Notes under the pieces: model-generated | The model's input: only the letters and a program-made list of their open reading frames with translations | Database searches by the model: none | Told to the model about the DNA's origin: nothing | Assembly: GCA_010909165.1 (NCBI GenBank) | Contig: VJWM01000119.1 | Location: 434,001 to 498,000 of the forward strand | Reading direction: 5' to 3' | From: Anthoceros angustus | Lineage: Eukaryota; Plantae; Anthocerotophyta | DNA length: 64,000 nucleotides | Position numbers and translations under genes: made by a program | Shown here: one piece after another, positions 23,309 through 37,339 of the stretch | Layout of the letters: every line of letters begins with the position of its first letter | Position numbering within the stretch: position 1 is the first letter of the stretch

Positions 23309-25249
23309 ATGGCAGTTAAGAAGCAATATGATGGAGCCCGGGGCGGACGATGCGTAGGACGCAGCAGTTCCAACTCTTGTGCCCAGCAACATCCCTGCCG
23401 CTGCAGAGCAGACATGATGCATCCCCTGACTTTGGTGTTTATCGTCTTCTGCATATCCTGTGTCGCTGTGAACGTGGGCCAACTGGTGCCCCTCTTTGCT
23501 TCGGGTGAGTTCAGAGGGAAGTCTGGGATTTGATGATCCGGATTCTGGTCGCGAGGTGTACGGGTCCTCGCTTGTCTCCCGAGTTCCTGATCCATTCCGC
23601 TCACCCTGCTGCCTTGCCTGGGTTTGCAGACCGATGGGGTCCGGACCTTGGAGGCCAGGAAAGCCTTCAGTTGCTGCTTGGTGCCCGCATCCCGAGATCG
23701 CCTTCTCTAGCCAGTGAAACCGGCAGGCAGAACTTGGTGAAGGTGGAGATTGATGTCGCTGCAAACCGTTCCGTGCACAGTAAGTTCCTCATCTTGTTAG
23801 TCTTGCGCTGCCTCCTGTTGAAGCAACCGTTCTCCTTCTCGGATTCATGCCCTTCAACCTTCCTGAATTGAGGTAAACGCTGAGCATTTTCTGGGTTGAA
23901 ATTTTGAAGAAGCCACGGCTGCCGGGAGCGACCACCGTAGTACAGACGAGGAGGTGTTTGTGTGCGACCGCTCGAATTACAGGGCAGATGTGTGCTACAT
24001 CCGAGGAGATGTGCGCATCCGAGGAGACTCCCGAGCCATCGTGCTGCACACGAGAATGGAGGGCACAGGGGTTGAAGGAACGGAAACCATCCAGCCCATA
24101 ACAAGAAAGTGGGAAAGGAGCACGATGCAGGGCGTTGACAACATCACCCTCTCCACCGCGCCGGCATCCTCTGCCGTAGGGTACAAATGCGATGTCCGCC
24201 ACACCAAGCCGGCCATCGTCTTCTCCACAGCTGGATTCACAGGAAATGTCTACCACGACTTCAACGACGTGCTCATCCCTCTCTTCATCACGGCCCAGCA
24301 CTACAAAGGGGAGGTCGTGTTTGTGGTGTCAGATTACCGGGGCTGGTGGTGGGCGAGGTACATCAGGCTCCTCAAACAGCTCTCCGGGTACAAAAGGATA
24401 GTCTTCCAGAGCCAGCGCAAGACCCACTGCTTCTCAGAAGCCACTGTTGGGCTCCACATCCACGGGGAGCTCACTGTCGACCCAACTCGCATGCCCAACG
24501 GCGAGACCATCAAGGACTTCCAGATGCTTCTGGCTAAGGCTTACGACGACAGCGGATTTGGCAGCAGCAGCAGTAGTGGAAAGGGCAGGCTGGGCAAGGG
24601 GAGCTCCATCCTCTCACAGCAGGTGAGGCATAAGAGGGTGAGCCCCCTCCCAGACCTAGAAGAAGACACCACGGACGAGAGCAGGGACCAAGAACCTGAA
24701 CTGACCACATCATCATTGCAACCAAGAGGGAAGCCCCGGCTGGTACTCATCCTACGCCATGGCTCTCGAGTCCTGCTCAACCAGAACAGGGTGGTCAAAA
24801 TGGCGCAGGATCTAGGCTTCGAGGTGAAGAAGCTCGCCCCTGGATGGTACATGGATTTGAGGAGAATGTACCAGGCGATGCACTCAGCCGACGTAGTGAT
24901 GGGAGTGCACGGAGCTGCTCTCACTCATCTTCTCTTCATGAGACCCGGCACCGTCTTCATCCAGATTGTGCCCATGGGCACAGCCTTGCCCGCTTCACAG
25001 TACTACGGGGAGCCAGCTGTCAAGTGCGGGCTGCAGTACCTGGAGTACAAGGTCACTGCCCTGGAGAGCTCCTTGATGGAAAAGTACCCCGAGGACCACC
25101 CCGTCCTCGCAGACCCTGCTTCCATCGTCGGCCTCGGCTGGGACAAGGTGAAGGAAGTCTACCTGGATCACCAAAATGTTCGCCCTGACATCAGGCAGCT
25201 CAGGAGCTTGTTGCTCCACGCCAAGAACCTCCTTCCCCCTACCATTTAA
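23309..25249 (+). CDS. Glycosyltransferase family 61 (xylan arabinosyl/xylosyltransferase-like), exons 23309-23504, 23630-23779, 23910-25249
   Basis: Type-II TM segment in exon 1; CDRSNYRADVC, FSTAGFTGNVYHDFNDVLIPL and MGVHGAALT..LFMRPG..FIQIVP. GT-AG phases are consistent. Confidence 0.9.
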
Positions 25250-25624
25250 CACAATGATTCAAACCACACACATGTATACAATTCAAGGATGGCTGACCAC
25301 CCCGAAAGAAAGTCTCCAACTTTACAAATACAATCCGCAAGGCCCTGTGATCCAGATTGATCACTCACCGTCGGTCTGAAAGAATCAAAGGCGTGCAAGA
25401 CAAACCTTACACCTCATCCACCTGCTCAACTAGCTACCAACACTAGGCTTCCTCGATGTCATAAGAGTCCCCTATGATCTGATCAAGAATTTGAAGAGAG
25501 ATAACTGGTGCATGATCTGCTCAAGAATTTCATGCATGTGCCCACATGATTCCATTCGGCTGCGGACACATTCATGAAGGCGTTTATGCAGTGTAAGCCC
25601 AAAGAACCCACCCAAAATGACCTA

Positions 25625-26236
25625 TCATTGAGACTGCAGAGCTCTTTCCACCGACTTGCAAGCATCCTTGAGCCGAGCAACCAGGTCTTGGAGCTCTTCC
25701 ACAGAGCAGGCAAAATTCACCTTCTTCTCTCCTCCTTCCACCGGATCCTCGGTGTTCAAGGACACGTGATACACAAGTTCCCTGACCCCTCTGTCCTCCG
25801 ACGAAGAAACGCAGTAATCAAGCCTCCAGTCTGCTCCCAAGAGCTGGGGCACAGAGCTCCGGTTAGCCGTGCGCGACACGAGAGTTCTCAGACCTTCCTT
25901 CCTGTCCGCAAACAGCTGAAGAAACAGCGCCCCCCGGCTCTCAGAGAAACCGCACTCGCTCCTCAGGAAAGACAACAGCTCTGCATCTGAAAGATCTGAT
26001 TTCGCAGCTTCCAGGAACATGCACACCAGGGCATTGTAGGTGTTGGTGAGGAAGAGCTGCTCCATCTCGATCCCGGCCAAAGCACTTTCCTCCTCCTCAA
26101 CACCCGTCACCACCGCCAGGACCGCCATCGCCACGGCCAGGACCTGCTCGCTGCTGGCATCGTTGCTGGCTATCAGAGCTGCCACCGCTTCCTCCCCGAT
26201 CTCCACGATCGGCGAGGCCGATGCCGCCTTCCCCAT
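25625..26236 (-). CDS. COMMD3: COMM domain-containing protein 3
   Basis: PQLLGADWRLDYCVSS....YHVSL....VNFACSVEELQDLVARLKDACKSVER matches the COMMD3 C-terminal COMM domain; 203 aa. Confidence 0.8.
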   Translation of the reverse strand: MGKAASASPIVEIGEEAVAALIASNDASSEQVLAVAMAVLAVVTGVEEEESALAGIEMEQLFLTNTYNALVCMFLEAAKSDLSDAELLSFLRSECGFSESRGALFLQLFADRKEGLRTLVSRTANRSSVPQLLGADWRLDYCVSSSEDRGVRELVYHVSLNTEDPVEGGEKKVNFACSVEELQDLVARLKDACKSVERALQSQ

Positions 26237-27064
26237 CCTCCCTTGCTCCCCACGCTTCCTTGGCTTAACTCACGCCTTGACCGCGGGCTGCCCGTAGCGC
26301 CGAGTTAAGCTTACCACAGTTGGAACGTGATTCCCCTGCATTTCGTAACCCGAGCACCTTCACGGAAGCTAACCGTACGCGGTTCGAACCTGATTCCCCG
26401 GTTGTTCATTACCCGCCCTACAGGAAGCCCCTTTGGAGGGAGGCAGCACAGTCTGTAGTCTTTACGCGCTCCGACGCTCTGACTGATCGCTCTCCCGCCA
26501 GCGCTCTCACATTCCTGAGGTGAGCTGCTCTGCCTGTTGCCGCCAGCTTGCAATGCCGTCCTTCTGTTGCCGTGTGTAGGTGTGGTTTCTAGTTCATCGG
26601 CTTGCGAGGCATTCGTGGAAAACGGTCCCGGAATGCGTGATGGTGTCTTGGCTGCTTGCTAGGTATCTGTGTGTTGCATTGAGTCAACTCAACGTTATTC
26701 AGCTGTATGAGCTGGAGTCTCCGTTGATTACTCAGATCAGCTGCTGAGACTCAGTGATTTAGCTGGAAGCTGGAGTCCTCTTGAACAGCTGAAAGGCCGT
26801 AGCATGTAGACGCACATGCTGTATGTTTCTCTCTTTGATCCGAGCTTACCAGCCTAGGTGCTCAGGAGTTCAAGGCATCGTTTTTTTCGGTGCGCAAGTC
26901 CAGATCTGTTTGTGTCTCTTGGGGATAGCAGTTGTTCGGATCTGCAGTCTCTATCCGCTGGTGGCAGATCCTTATCTGGATTTTCACAGCCTTAAGCATT
27001 TTGCGCTGTTGCTCCATGATGTGCAGGGATTGGAGCGTGCTGGTAGGCAGAGTAAGCTGCCAAG

Positions 27065-27996
<932 letters not shown>

Positions 27997-28558
27997 AGGT
28001 GAACGACACAAGAAAGCAGCTGGTTCGTATCGTTTTGGTGGTTGGCAATTCTCACCCACTGCCCGTTTGAAGGTGGTTTCTCTCGCTGTGTTCCTGCATT
28101 ACCGATCCTCGTAAGATCATTTGGTTCAGGCTGTGATGCGACCGTGATGGATGGAACGTGGGTGAGGCCCCTCAAGTTGACTGTCCGAGCATACGAAAGT
28201 TCAGCGCCATGGCTGACTCTTGATAAGGACCTACTCTGTTTCAGCCTGTCTGTGGAAGCCACGTGGACCATCACACTGGGACGGCTGCCTTTTTTGCTGA
28301 GTCACAATCATGGTGCTTACGATGTAGATTACACGCAGAACAGTGATTAGTTTGATTCTGGTCGTATGTTACATTTTAGGCGTCGGCAATTTATTGCCCA
28401 GTTAATTCAGTAGGTCGCACTATCAGGTTTCATGCTCTCTCCTTCTCTGCAAATTTTCAAATGACAGTAGCTTGATTCAATTTGGTCCCTTCCCGATTCG
28501 CTTTTCGTGTGGGGACGAACTGTTTCCATAGACAGCTTCTGGTCACATTATTTTGGTA

Positions 28559-29636
28559 CTATGCCACAGGATCCTCAAGAATTGGGTTCACCGGATTACT
28601 GATGTGAGGGTACGTTGCTTTCTCGTCGAGCTGAGTTTGGGCCCAGAGTAGCATCTTTAAAAAGCTTGGCAGCTTGGGATCTGCTCTCGCATGACAACAA
28701 TTTACCTTAGCTTCTTATCGAGCCAACATGATGTACGACCACAAACGGTGAGCATGCAAACACAGAAATGTGGTAAATGAATTCCATAACCTTTTTCATG
28801 GCTTTGGCTCGTGAGTATTGCAGCATTCAGTTCACTAGCTGTTTTCTGGCGTTGAGACACATCCAGCAAATCCTTCACGGGGCAACTTGCAGTGTCCTCA
28901 AACGCCAAAAGTGCCACAGTCCTTTCCAACTCCTCCAGAAAGGCATGCTGTGTACGTCCCCACTGTCCAAACTTAGATGCACGAAACACTTAAATCCAAC
29001 TCAAAGTGAGCATGAAAGCAGCTTACATTTTCTTCTCCCCGTGGTGCAAGTTCTTCTTGAGCAAACTCAAGAGCCTCCTCAACTTTGCCATTACGGATGA
29101 GTTCAATCAAATGCTGCTGCTGAAGATGGAAAAATAGCTGGGGATTTGTATCCAAAATCTGCGACACAAACAGGTAGTATGAATTCAATTACCTTGCTAC
29201 AGAGCTATTGACTCAATGGGAAAGCAATGTTCATGGCAGGAGTAAGAAGTTCCCACACAGACCTCTGGATTTAAGTCGTTCACCCTCTCAATTGCATCTT
29301 CGACATTGCCACATTGTACAGCCTTTCGAACTGCCATCCGATCAGTTATCGTTCCCAGATCTATGTCTGCTGTGCATTTGTCAGGGTCACTCAGACAAGA
29401 CCAAACGAGAGGTATCTGTCATACTGCGGGCACACAATTGTCAGAAGTTTCAGGATACGTTCTGTTCCAGACTCAAGCTGGAACTTCTCTGCAGCTTCAA
29501 CGTAACCCTCTGTCACAAGAAAGTTCATAACCAGCTTATTCATATCTTCTTTGCGTATCCTCACGTCATTCAGCTTCATTTCCCACTCATCCCTGGTGAT
29601 GACTTTCTTTGAGGACAACTGCCTCACAAGAGACAA
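28559..29636 (-). CDS. GID8: GID8/TWA1 (LisH-CTLH-CRA) subunit of CTLH E3 ligase; start uncertain
   Basis: [71 protein letters not shown]. Confidence 0.9.
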
Positions 29637-31333
29637 GAGTCATATCAATAGAGCAGCAACCTGAAGACCAATGGAGCAAGTGCCGTGGCAATCACTAGGA
29701 CACATGACTAGCAGTGCAGTGACTAGCTCAACATGAATAGGTCAGATCGCTGAATAACGGCCTCACGGACACTGCATGGGGATTCACCTCATGCTTCGAC
29801 CTTCCACCTTGCAAGCGACGTTGAGGCATCACTGAAGCTATCCTCAATAGCACACCTCCGAAGACGATTGCAACGCTTGGCAATTTGGGTCACCGAATTC
29901 TGTAACTCAGCGTCTGTCGGATGCCATGCTGTGCTCATACTCCGCGAGATGCAGAAGATAATTCAAGCCTCGCTTGAAGAGGACATCTTCTACATGTATG
30001 GTCCGAGATCCGACTTCAGAAGAGTAGAACCCCATGCGTTTCAACCTAATCTGGCTCGTTCAACCCTCCCTCATTTGCCTGTTCAAGGCAAGTTTGGAAA
30101 CAGATCTGAAATCAACACATCTGTTTCCCTCATTTTGGGAAGAACCACTGTCCCTGCACTTCGTCATTTATTACTTAACTGGCAGACATACAGGGAGACC
30201 CAACTGCAGCACAATTTGCTAATGCCAACAACCTCACCGCCTCTTCTCACATCCACAGCACAGCAGAGGATATATAACTCAATAGTTGCAACACCACGAA
30301 TACAAGAGACTCAGCAAACAAATGTGACACTGGTGTCATACACCACCCTAGGAAGAATCAACCGAAAGTGCGACATTCTTGGCACAACTCAGAAAGCTAA
30401 AAAAAGGCAAGCATTTTGCGCCAGTCATTGCAAGGAGCAAACCTTGGATGAATCCGCAACGGAAAAGTTGGAGAAGAGAATGTCTATGACTGTGTGCAAC
30501 CTAACACCAAAAGAACTAAGCGTAAGCTTAACTTAACCAACGTAATGCACAAACGCCTTTCACACGGTAGACGAAATTGAGAGAGATTGTTGGCCGATTG
30601 AGTGAGCCTTCCCGTTACAAATCACCGTCAGAGGCACTCAGACCGGTTTACGTCTCTTCACTTTTGCTCCAGCTGCCTTTGTTTACGGTCTATCGGATTC
30701 CCTGCCGAGGATCTTTCCGTGCGATTATTAGCATTCATCATGTTCTTGAACGATTTGCGGAGCCATGTTTGACCTCGGAATGTGACTAGAAATGGGCAGG
30801 GTGGCAAAGGCAGATGAGGTTTCTAGCTCTGGAACATTAGTTGCATGGTGCTCGCAAGTGACGGATATATCGCAGTGTGGGCCTGATTTGGCTATCTCCG
30901 TCATGTTTCTCACACTGGTGAGGCATGCCATTATCTTGAGAAACCGGAATCACTGAGAAAATTGGATAGCTCAAGGAATCTGCTTACAGAAGCAGTGGAT
31001 GCCTCTACGGATTACACAGCTGCAGAAACTGTTGGCGATGTAGTGTGAGGATGGCTGCTCGATTTTTGGGTTTGTGTCCTTTCTTTTACCAGGATGACGA
31101 CATGGGTGGGAGATATTTTCTTCTCAATCACAAGGCTAGGGCTTGGGGTAGTCCTCCACCCATATTCTCTCTCAGGGCCGGGAATTGACACAGCAGGTAG
31201 TGATAACATGGATTTGATCAGACTCCCACTTGATGGGAAAGAAACAGGCAGCTGTTTGACCAAGCCATGGCCTACTTGTGAATGAAGTGTATATCTCGTG
31301 GAATCAGGGGTTGTGAACTCATTGCACACAGAC

Positions 31334-33803
31334 ATGGCGTTGAACAGCACAATCAACTCACTTTCTACTGAGCTGCATAAGGTGAAAAAAACGGTACAGG
31401 ACGGGATGGAGAGGGTGTCCAGAGCAGTAACCGAGCAAACTTCAAGAGCTGTGACGAAAGTAACCACTCAAATCAAAACCCTGGGCAAGAAACTGACTAC
31501 TATGACCAAGGAGGAGGCCAAAATGGCTATGATGACAGTAGCCCTGGCCACGGTGATGGTGCTCCTTCCAGGTATGTTCCGCCATGTAAAGCTGTCCATG
31601 CGCCTCCCTGCCAGACGAGGACTGCAGCTACCAAAAGGATCCCTTGGACTGCCATTTGTTGGTGAAAGCATTAACCTCAAAACACAGCAACAAACATTCT
31701 ATAATAACAGGCGGAAATGGTGAATTTCTATCCTTTTGTGACAAATATTCCTGACAGAGTGCATTGTCCTTTCCGTGTATCTTCCGTGTTAGAGCTTAGC
31801 TGCCTATGCGGAAATTCTGGAGTGGAGTGAAACCCTAAACAGTGGAGTAAAACCTGACTGCAGGTATGGGGATCTGTTCCGGACTCACTTATTTGGGTAC
31901 CCATCGATTGTGGTAACTGATCCAGAGGCAGCCAAGTATGTGCTGGTTGATCAATATGTGCTTTTCAAGCAGCTTCCTTTGCCTGAAGTTGAGAAGATCC
32001 TGGGTTCCAAATTTTTTGGCTACCAGAATCACAGTGTGCATGCAAGACTAAGAACAGTCATGCAGAGCCCTCTCTTGGCGCTGCATAATGCTATACCGTA
32101 CATTGAGGCCCTGGCTTTGGGTCTCATGTACTCGTGGGAGGGGAGGACTGTGAATGCCCTGTATGAGATTCATCATGTAGACAACCTTACCTTGGGTTGA
32201 TGACTGTTCTAGTCAAATGCCAGTAATTGGTAGGCACGCTGTTTTTCTTAAATTGACTAACTCAGAATCTGTCACCTCAGTATACTTTTGATGTTGCAAC
32301 GCATTTTATTATTGGTGCACAACCCAAGGAACAGTTGGAAGCTCTCAGGCAGGCCTGTAATAACATGTTTAGTGGAGTGAGAGCGTGGCCAATAAATCTG
32401 ATTGGCACCAACTTCTGGTGGGCTAAGAGAGTAAGTCATGACTTGGCTTCCGAAGTTCATGATTTGTGGTTGATTTATAAGGAAGAAAGAGATACAACAG
32501 TCGACCATTCTGAAAATTCATGTGCACAGGGCAGAAGTCAAGCATGTGCAATAATTGACAGTATTATTGCTGAAAGGAGATTGGAAGGTCGTCCTCACGG
32601 TGATGTTCTCGGTGCGCTGATGGATGCAGAAGATGACCAAGGTGTCCGTATAACACGTGAAGAGCTTCATGACAACATCCTCACGTTGTTGTTTGATGCA
32701 AGGGATACAGCTGCAGCAGCTTTGACCTGGACCCTCAAGAATTTGAATGACCATCCAGAACTGCTCAAGGAAGTCACGGTATGGACATCATTTTAGTTTG
32801 CCGACATCCTAATTAGCTGTGACAGAACAAGTAAAGTAGTCTGGTAATCTTTTCAGATGGAGCACGATAAGATCAGACAAAAAAAGGTACCTCCAGAGAG
32901 TGTACCTCTCCAGTGGTCGGATATCAAAGACATGCCACTAACTTGGGCAGACATAAAAGAAATGCCCCTTACATTGCGGGTGAGTGTCATCTTTGAACCA
33001 GTCGCTGTTCATTCATGTCTATGTGAAACGATATTGGTGGATCAGGTACGCTGTCTGACATAGATGAACATGGCAGGTTATCAAGGAAACTCTCAGGTTG
33101 GGAAACCTTGTCGATTTTTCATACCGAGAGGCTCTGGAAGATGTTGAGTATGAAGGTAACAAGCCAGCCTTGCAAAGTTTTTATGCTTAGATGTTGGTTA
33201 CCAGCTGTTTCACGATCCTTACTATAGAACAGTGACAATATATTGTAATATAATCTGCAGATTTCTTCTTTCCAAAGGGCTGGCGTGTGTTGGTGGTGCA
33301 TGCTAACTTCCATCTTAATCCTGACTACTTCACTGATCCTCTGCAGTTTGACCCTTCCCGTTTCGAGGTAGAATTTGCCAGAGACATGAATGGCAAAATG
33401 GACCCAATGACAGTAGGAGATACTGACTTGTGTTTTGTTTCAGGGTGCACCACGGCAAGGAACGTTCACGCCATTTGGTAATGGTGCTCATGTCTGCCTT
33501 GGCAGAGAGCTGGCCCAGTTGGAGATTTTCATTTTCATCCACCACTTCACCACCAGATTCAAGTTCGTGCTCAAACCTTGTTTGCTGCAGATGTTGCCCA
33601 AATCATCGTTGCATGTGCATCGCAACTACAGAAGTGGGATTGACATGTAATGTATGCTGTAAACCAGGTGGACCACTCCTAGCCCTGTGACTGGCTCGAT
33701 TTACAGGCCAATACGAATACCGAGAGGCGGGATGCCAATTTTCGTCACCCGCAAGCCGCCGGAACATCACGTCTGCCACAGTGATTTTTGCAGACACGAG
33801 TAG
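31334..33803 (+). CDS. Cytochrome P450, CYP85 clan, CYP707(ABA 8'-hydroxylase)-like, multi-exon
   Basis: LPKGSLGLPFVGE, I-helix LLFDARDTAA, K-helix IKETLR, FDPSRFE and heme motif FGNGAHVCLG. Confidence 0.9.
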
Positions 33804-33981
33804 ATTTGCATCAGCAGGCAGTCCAGGTGCCGTGTCGGCACGTGATGCGGGGAATACTTGAGGTTGCACTGTTATGGGAGGTGGCGCTGGTTGGAAGGCC
33901 TGCTAGCAGAGACGATGATGCAAGCTCCGAGAAAAGAGGCGTAATAGACTTATCTTTCGCAGTAACGTCGTGTTACGGACT

Positions 33982-36840
33982 TCACGAAGCGAGAAGGAAA
34001 ATAATGAAAGTTATGTTCCACGTTATCAGCAGGTAGGTGAGGACCAGGCATGGATCGGACGCCGAGTTTTTTCCCCTCTGGTTGCCGCTACTCTGAGGAT
34101 CCCTGGCACGCCCCTTCGGTGTGCGCAACAATACAAAGGACCCTATGATAGTGGACAGGAAAGCGAGAAGCACTGCCCTTGTTTCCCGATTTTCCATTCG
34201 CTTTACCTGGAATCTGCAAAGCAACATGGGCACCAACGTCAATGGAGCTGAGTGGTAGCAGGCTGGAAGGGGTCTCTGCCCTCTCCCCGTGATTACTCAG
34301 ACAGTCTCTTAAAGCTTGGAATAACAACACACCTTAAAATTGCAAATTCCGCAGTCACGTTGTTGAGTCTATCCGCTATGATATTGTCTACAGTCTCACT
34401 CTCCATCTGCATTTTTAACTCCTGTGGGACAAACCATGAGAACGTATAAGCATCACGTAATAACAGCATTGAACTAGGCGGCTGGAAAATATTCTCTGCA
34501 TTCGCATCTTTCAGATTCAACAACGAAGACAAATATAACAAGCGCAATTCTCACCAACTTGCGAAGTTGCGCTGCTGCAATTGCTGAGGCTGCTGTTTCG
34601 TTTAGAAGCCTCTCAGTGAGAACAAGAAGCTCTTTGCCAAAATTGTTGAACTTGTCCTGAATCTTGACATTCAAATCGTCTACATACTGGTCAAGAAGTG
34701 ACTGGTTCAACTCCAGTGATTTGACTTTCTGCATGACTATCTTCAGGACTGCCTCTCCTGACGGTCGTGTGTGATGCAGTGCCTCTAGAACAGGCGGTCC
34801 GGGAGTAGAACCTGGCTCAACAGCTACTGCCCCAGAACTTTCGATCCCACCCGGTTCTTTGACAACTTTGTCATTACTCAGGCCTTGGATGTTGTCGTTA
34901 GTGTCTCCGGATGTGAGAACCTGCACGGGGCTAGATGCAACCGGTATTGCAGAGGCACTGCTTGACACTGAAGGAGCGGGGTTGGTCTTACTTCCACCTG
35001 CACCTGTGGCCAAGCTGTCCTCCTGTGGAACGTGTCCACCAGGTTGAAACTTGACCCCCGTCTCCAGTTCTGCAACCGGAATCCACCCCTCAAGGAGACT
35101 CTCAATCTCATCAACTCCCAGCACCTCCACCATACTCAGAGTGCAGTAGAAATCGGACCCATAATGAGTAAGCATTCGAAGCTTCACATACCTAACTAAC
35201 CTAGACTCTGCCACTTCGAACCTCTGAGGATGTCTAACATTCTCTGCCTGAAACTTCCCAAGAAGGACCCAATCCTCCGTTGGGTAGGTCTTACTGCCTA
35301 GAAGTTCAAAGTCCTTCAAGTTGGAAGCGTAGAACTCAAAATTGGAGATGACTACCGTTTCAACTTGAGTTTCAGCCGAAAGTCGGATGACAACAAACTT
35401 ATCTTCTGCGCTACATGGAATACGAAGATACTTGTCCTTGTCCTTATCCAGAATATAACTCTCTCCTTTCGCTTCCTTGCTCCACCCAACAACCTTTGCT
35501 CCATGCGAGGCCGCAGCGAAATTGTAGTCAACTGAAAAACGTCTCACATGGCCAGATGCACCTGAAGCATTCCCATTGCTGTTAGTTTGGCCCTGCTGCT
35601 TTTTTTCTAGCTGCGACTTCTTGAATTCATCCAAGCCAACTATCCGGTCGTCGACAGCCACTGTCAGATTTGGCTTTCCAACAGGGGGCACAGATCCTTC
35701 CTGAAAACCTTCCGAGGGACCAGGGCCAGCATGAAGTTCTCCTTGCAACTCATGCTCCACCACCGCACCTGCAACATCCACCAAGGCAGGAACCTCTGTT
35801 ACCCTGTCATTGTCAGACCTGTCGACATCTGTGGCAACAACGGATTCTTCATCAGCCGCTGGAGCCGCGCCGTCATCCTCCTTCTGCACCTCCCCAACAA
35901 CTGAGGCAGGTCCAGCTTCCGCCCCGCTGTCTAAAGCTACTCTGGTAAAAGGCTGACTGCTATCCAAAAGGAAACTCTGCAAAGCAGCCCCGCAAAGACA
36001 GACGCGCGTGCTAGCTCCAGACATCGCGAGGTCATCTGCATTGCTGCAGATCGAGCCGCAAGTGGCACTGCCAGAAAGTGGATTGTGAAAGCACAGTACA
36101 AACCTATCCGACGCACCAGCAATCGGCTTAGCAAAGCTCTTTGCGTAGATACCCTCGACCTCGCCATCACAAGTACGGTCCACTGGTAGAATATCCTCGA
36201 TGCAGGGAAGAACCTGATCACTGGCAACCGGCACGGCCACTAAGCACCTCGGCAGAATGATACTACTGCAATCAGCTTCCCCAGCCTCACACAACCTAGG
36301 GCTCCCGTCTCCTACGAGGCCTCCGACACTCCCCATCCCTGCCTCTCTTCCCACGCCGTCCTCCTCAACAACGTAAGGAACCACTGGAACAGCCGACGAC
36401 ACCAGTTCAACCCCGTCATCCTTCACTCCACTCCCCGAATCTCCCTCCAGCACGTCACCCGCCCTCCCCTCCTGCAGCAAATCCTCCTCGTGCGATATCC
36501 ACCCCCCGGTATCCGGCACCGGCTCAACCTGGCCCTGATCCAAGGAAGAGCCTCGATCATGCTCGCCTGATCCATCGGTGCCGGCTGCCAGCTCTTCCAG
36601 TCCGAGCATGAACTCGGCATCCTCGTAGCGGATCTCCTTAATTTCTGCAGCGAGTGGGAAGGGATCTTCCTGACTCGCAGGATCCTTGCCAGAGCTCACA
36701 GCAAAATTCACAAACGCAACCAGAATAAGCCCCGCAGCTACACAGAATATGCAAAACCATCTAGGCCAGTATCCGCATCTCGCTGAGCCCGCGCCGACAG
36801 CACTTCTCTTCTTCTTCGATCCACTGGACTTCTTCGGCAT
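33982..36840 (-). CDS. Mid-SUN domain protein (SUN3/4/5, Slp1-like), 3 exons
   Basis: N-terminal TM; NFAAASHGAKV..ILDKDKDKYLR.PCS..KFVVI.LS.ET..NFE.YASN.KDFELLGS; coiled coil LKIVMQKVKSLELN; two C-terminal TM segments in the last exon. Confidence 0.9.
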
Positions 36841-37339
36841 TGCTCATCGGAATCGGGATCCAGGCGCTCCTCCTCGGATCTTCACCTTACGCCCGACCTG
36901 AGCCGGCGGTGGACACGATCCAGCAGGACGCGGCTGCTCCTGCGTCCAGCACAGCAGCCCGCGAACTTGAGCTCGCGCCTCCGCTGCCGGCTCACAAATG
37001 GTGAGGAGAGGACAGTCCCTGTTTTCGGCGCAGACAAGTAGCTTGCGTGTCATAGCGCATAAAAGCTCATCGATTCCTAAAAGCCTCGGAAAACGCAGGT
37101 GTTCGAATGCAAACTGGACACGAGCAACATGCTACCAAAATCGTCCACCTGCCGAATCAATTTGCGGATGCGGACTCAACTTAAACCATAATTCTCCACC
37201 TCACATTAGATTAAGACAGGAGCAGCCCAGTCAGGCATGTTTGCTTGACTCCTGCAGGGAGATACCAAAAGAAGCTGCTTGCCTGTGCTTAATGCTAACG
37301 CTAAATTACAGGATGCCGGTTGCTGAGACAGCAACAATG

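Noticed and set aside
26340-26400. GGTTCGAACC B-box-like palindrome as a tRNA
   Set aside because: No cloverleaf or A-box could be built.
29868-30536. 222-aa + strand ORF
   Set aside because: Antisense to the GID8 leader/intron, non-ATG start, no recognisable domain.
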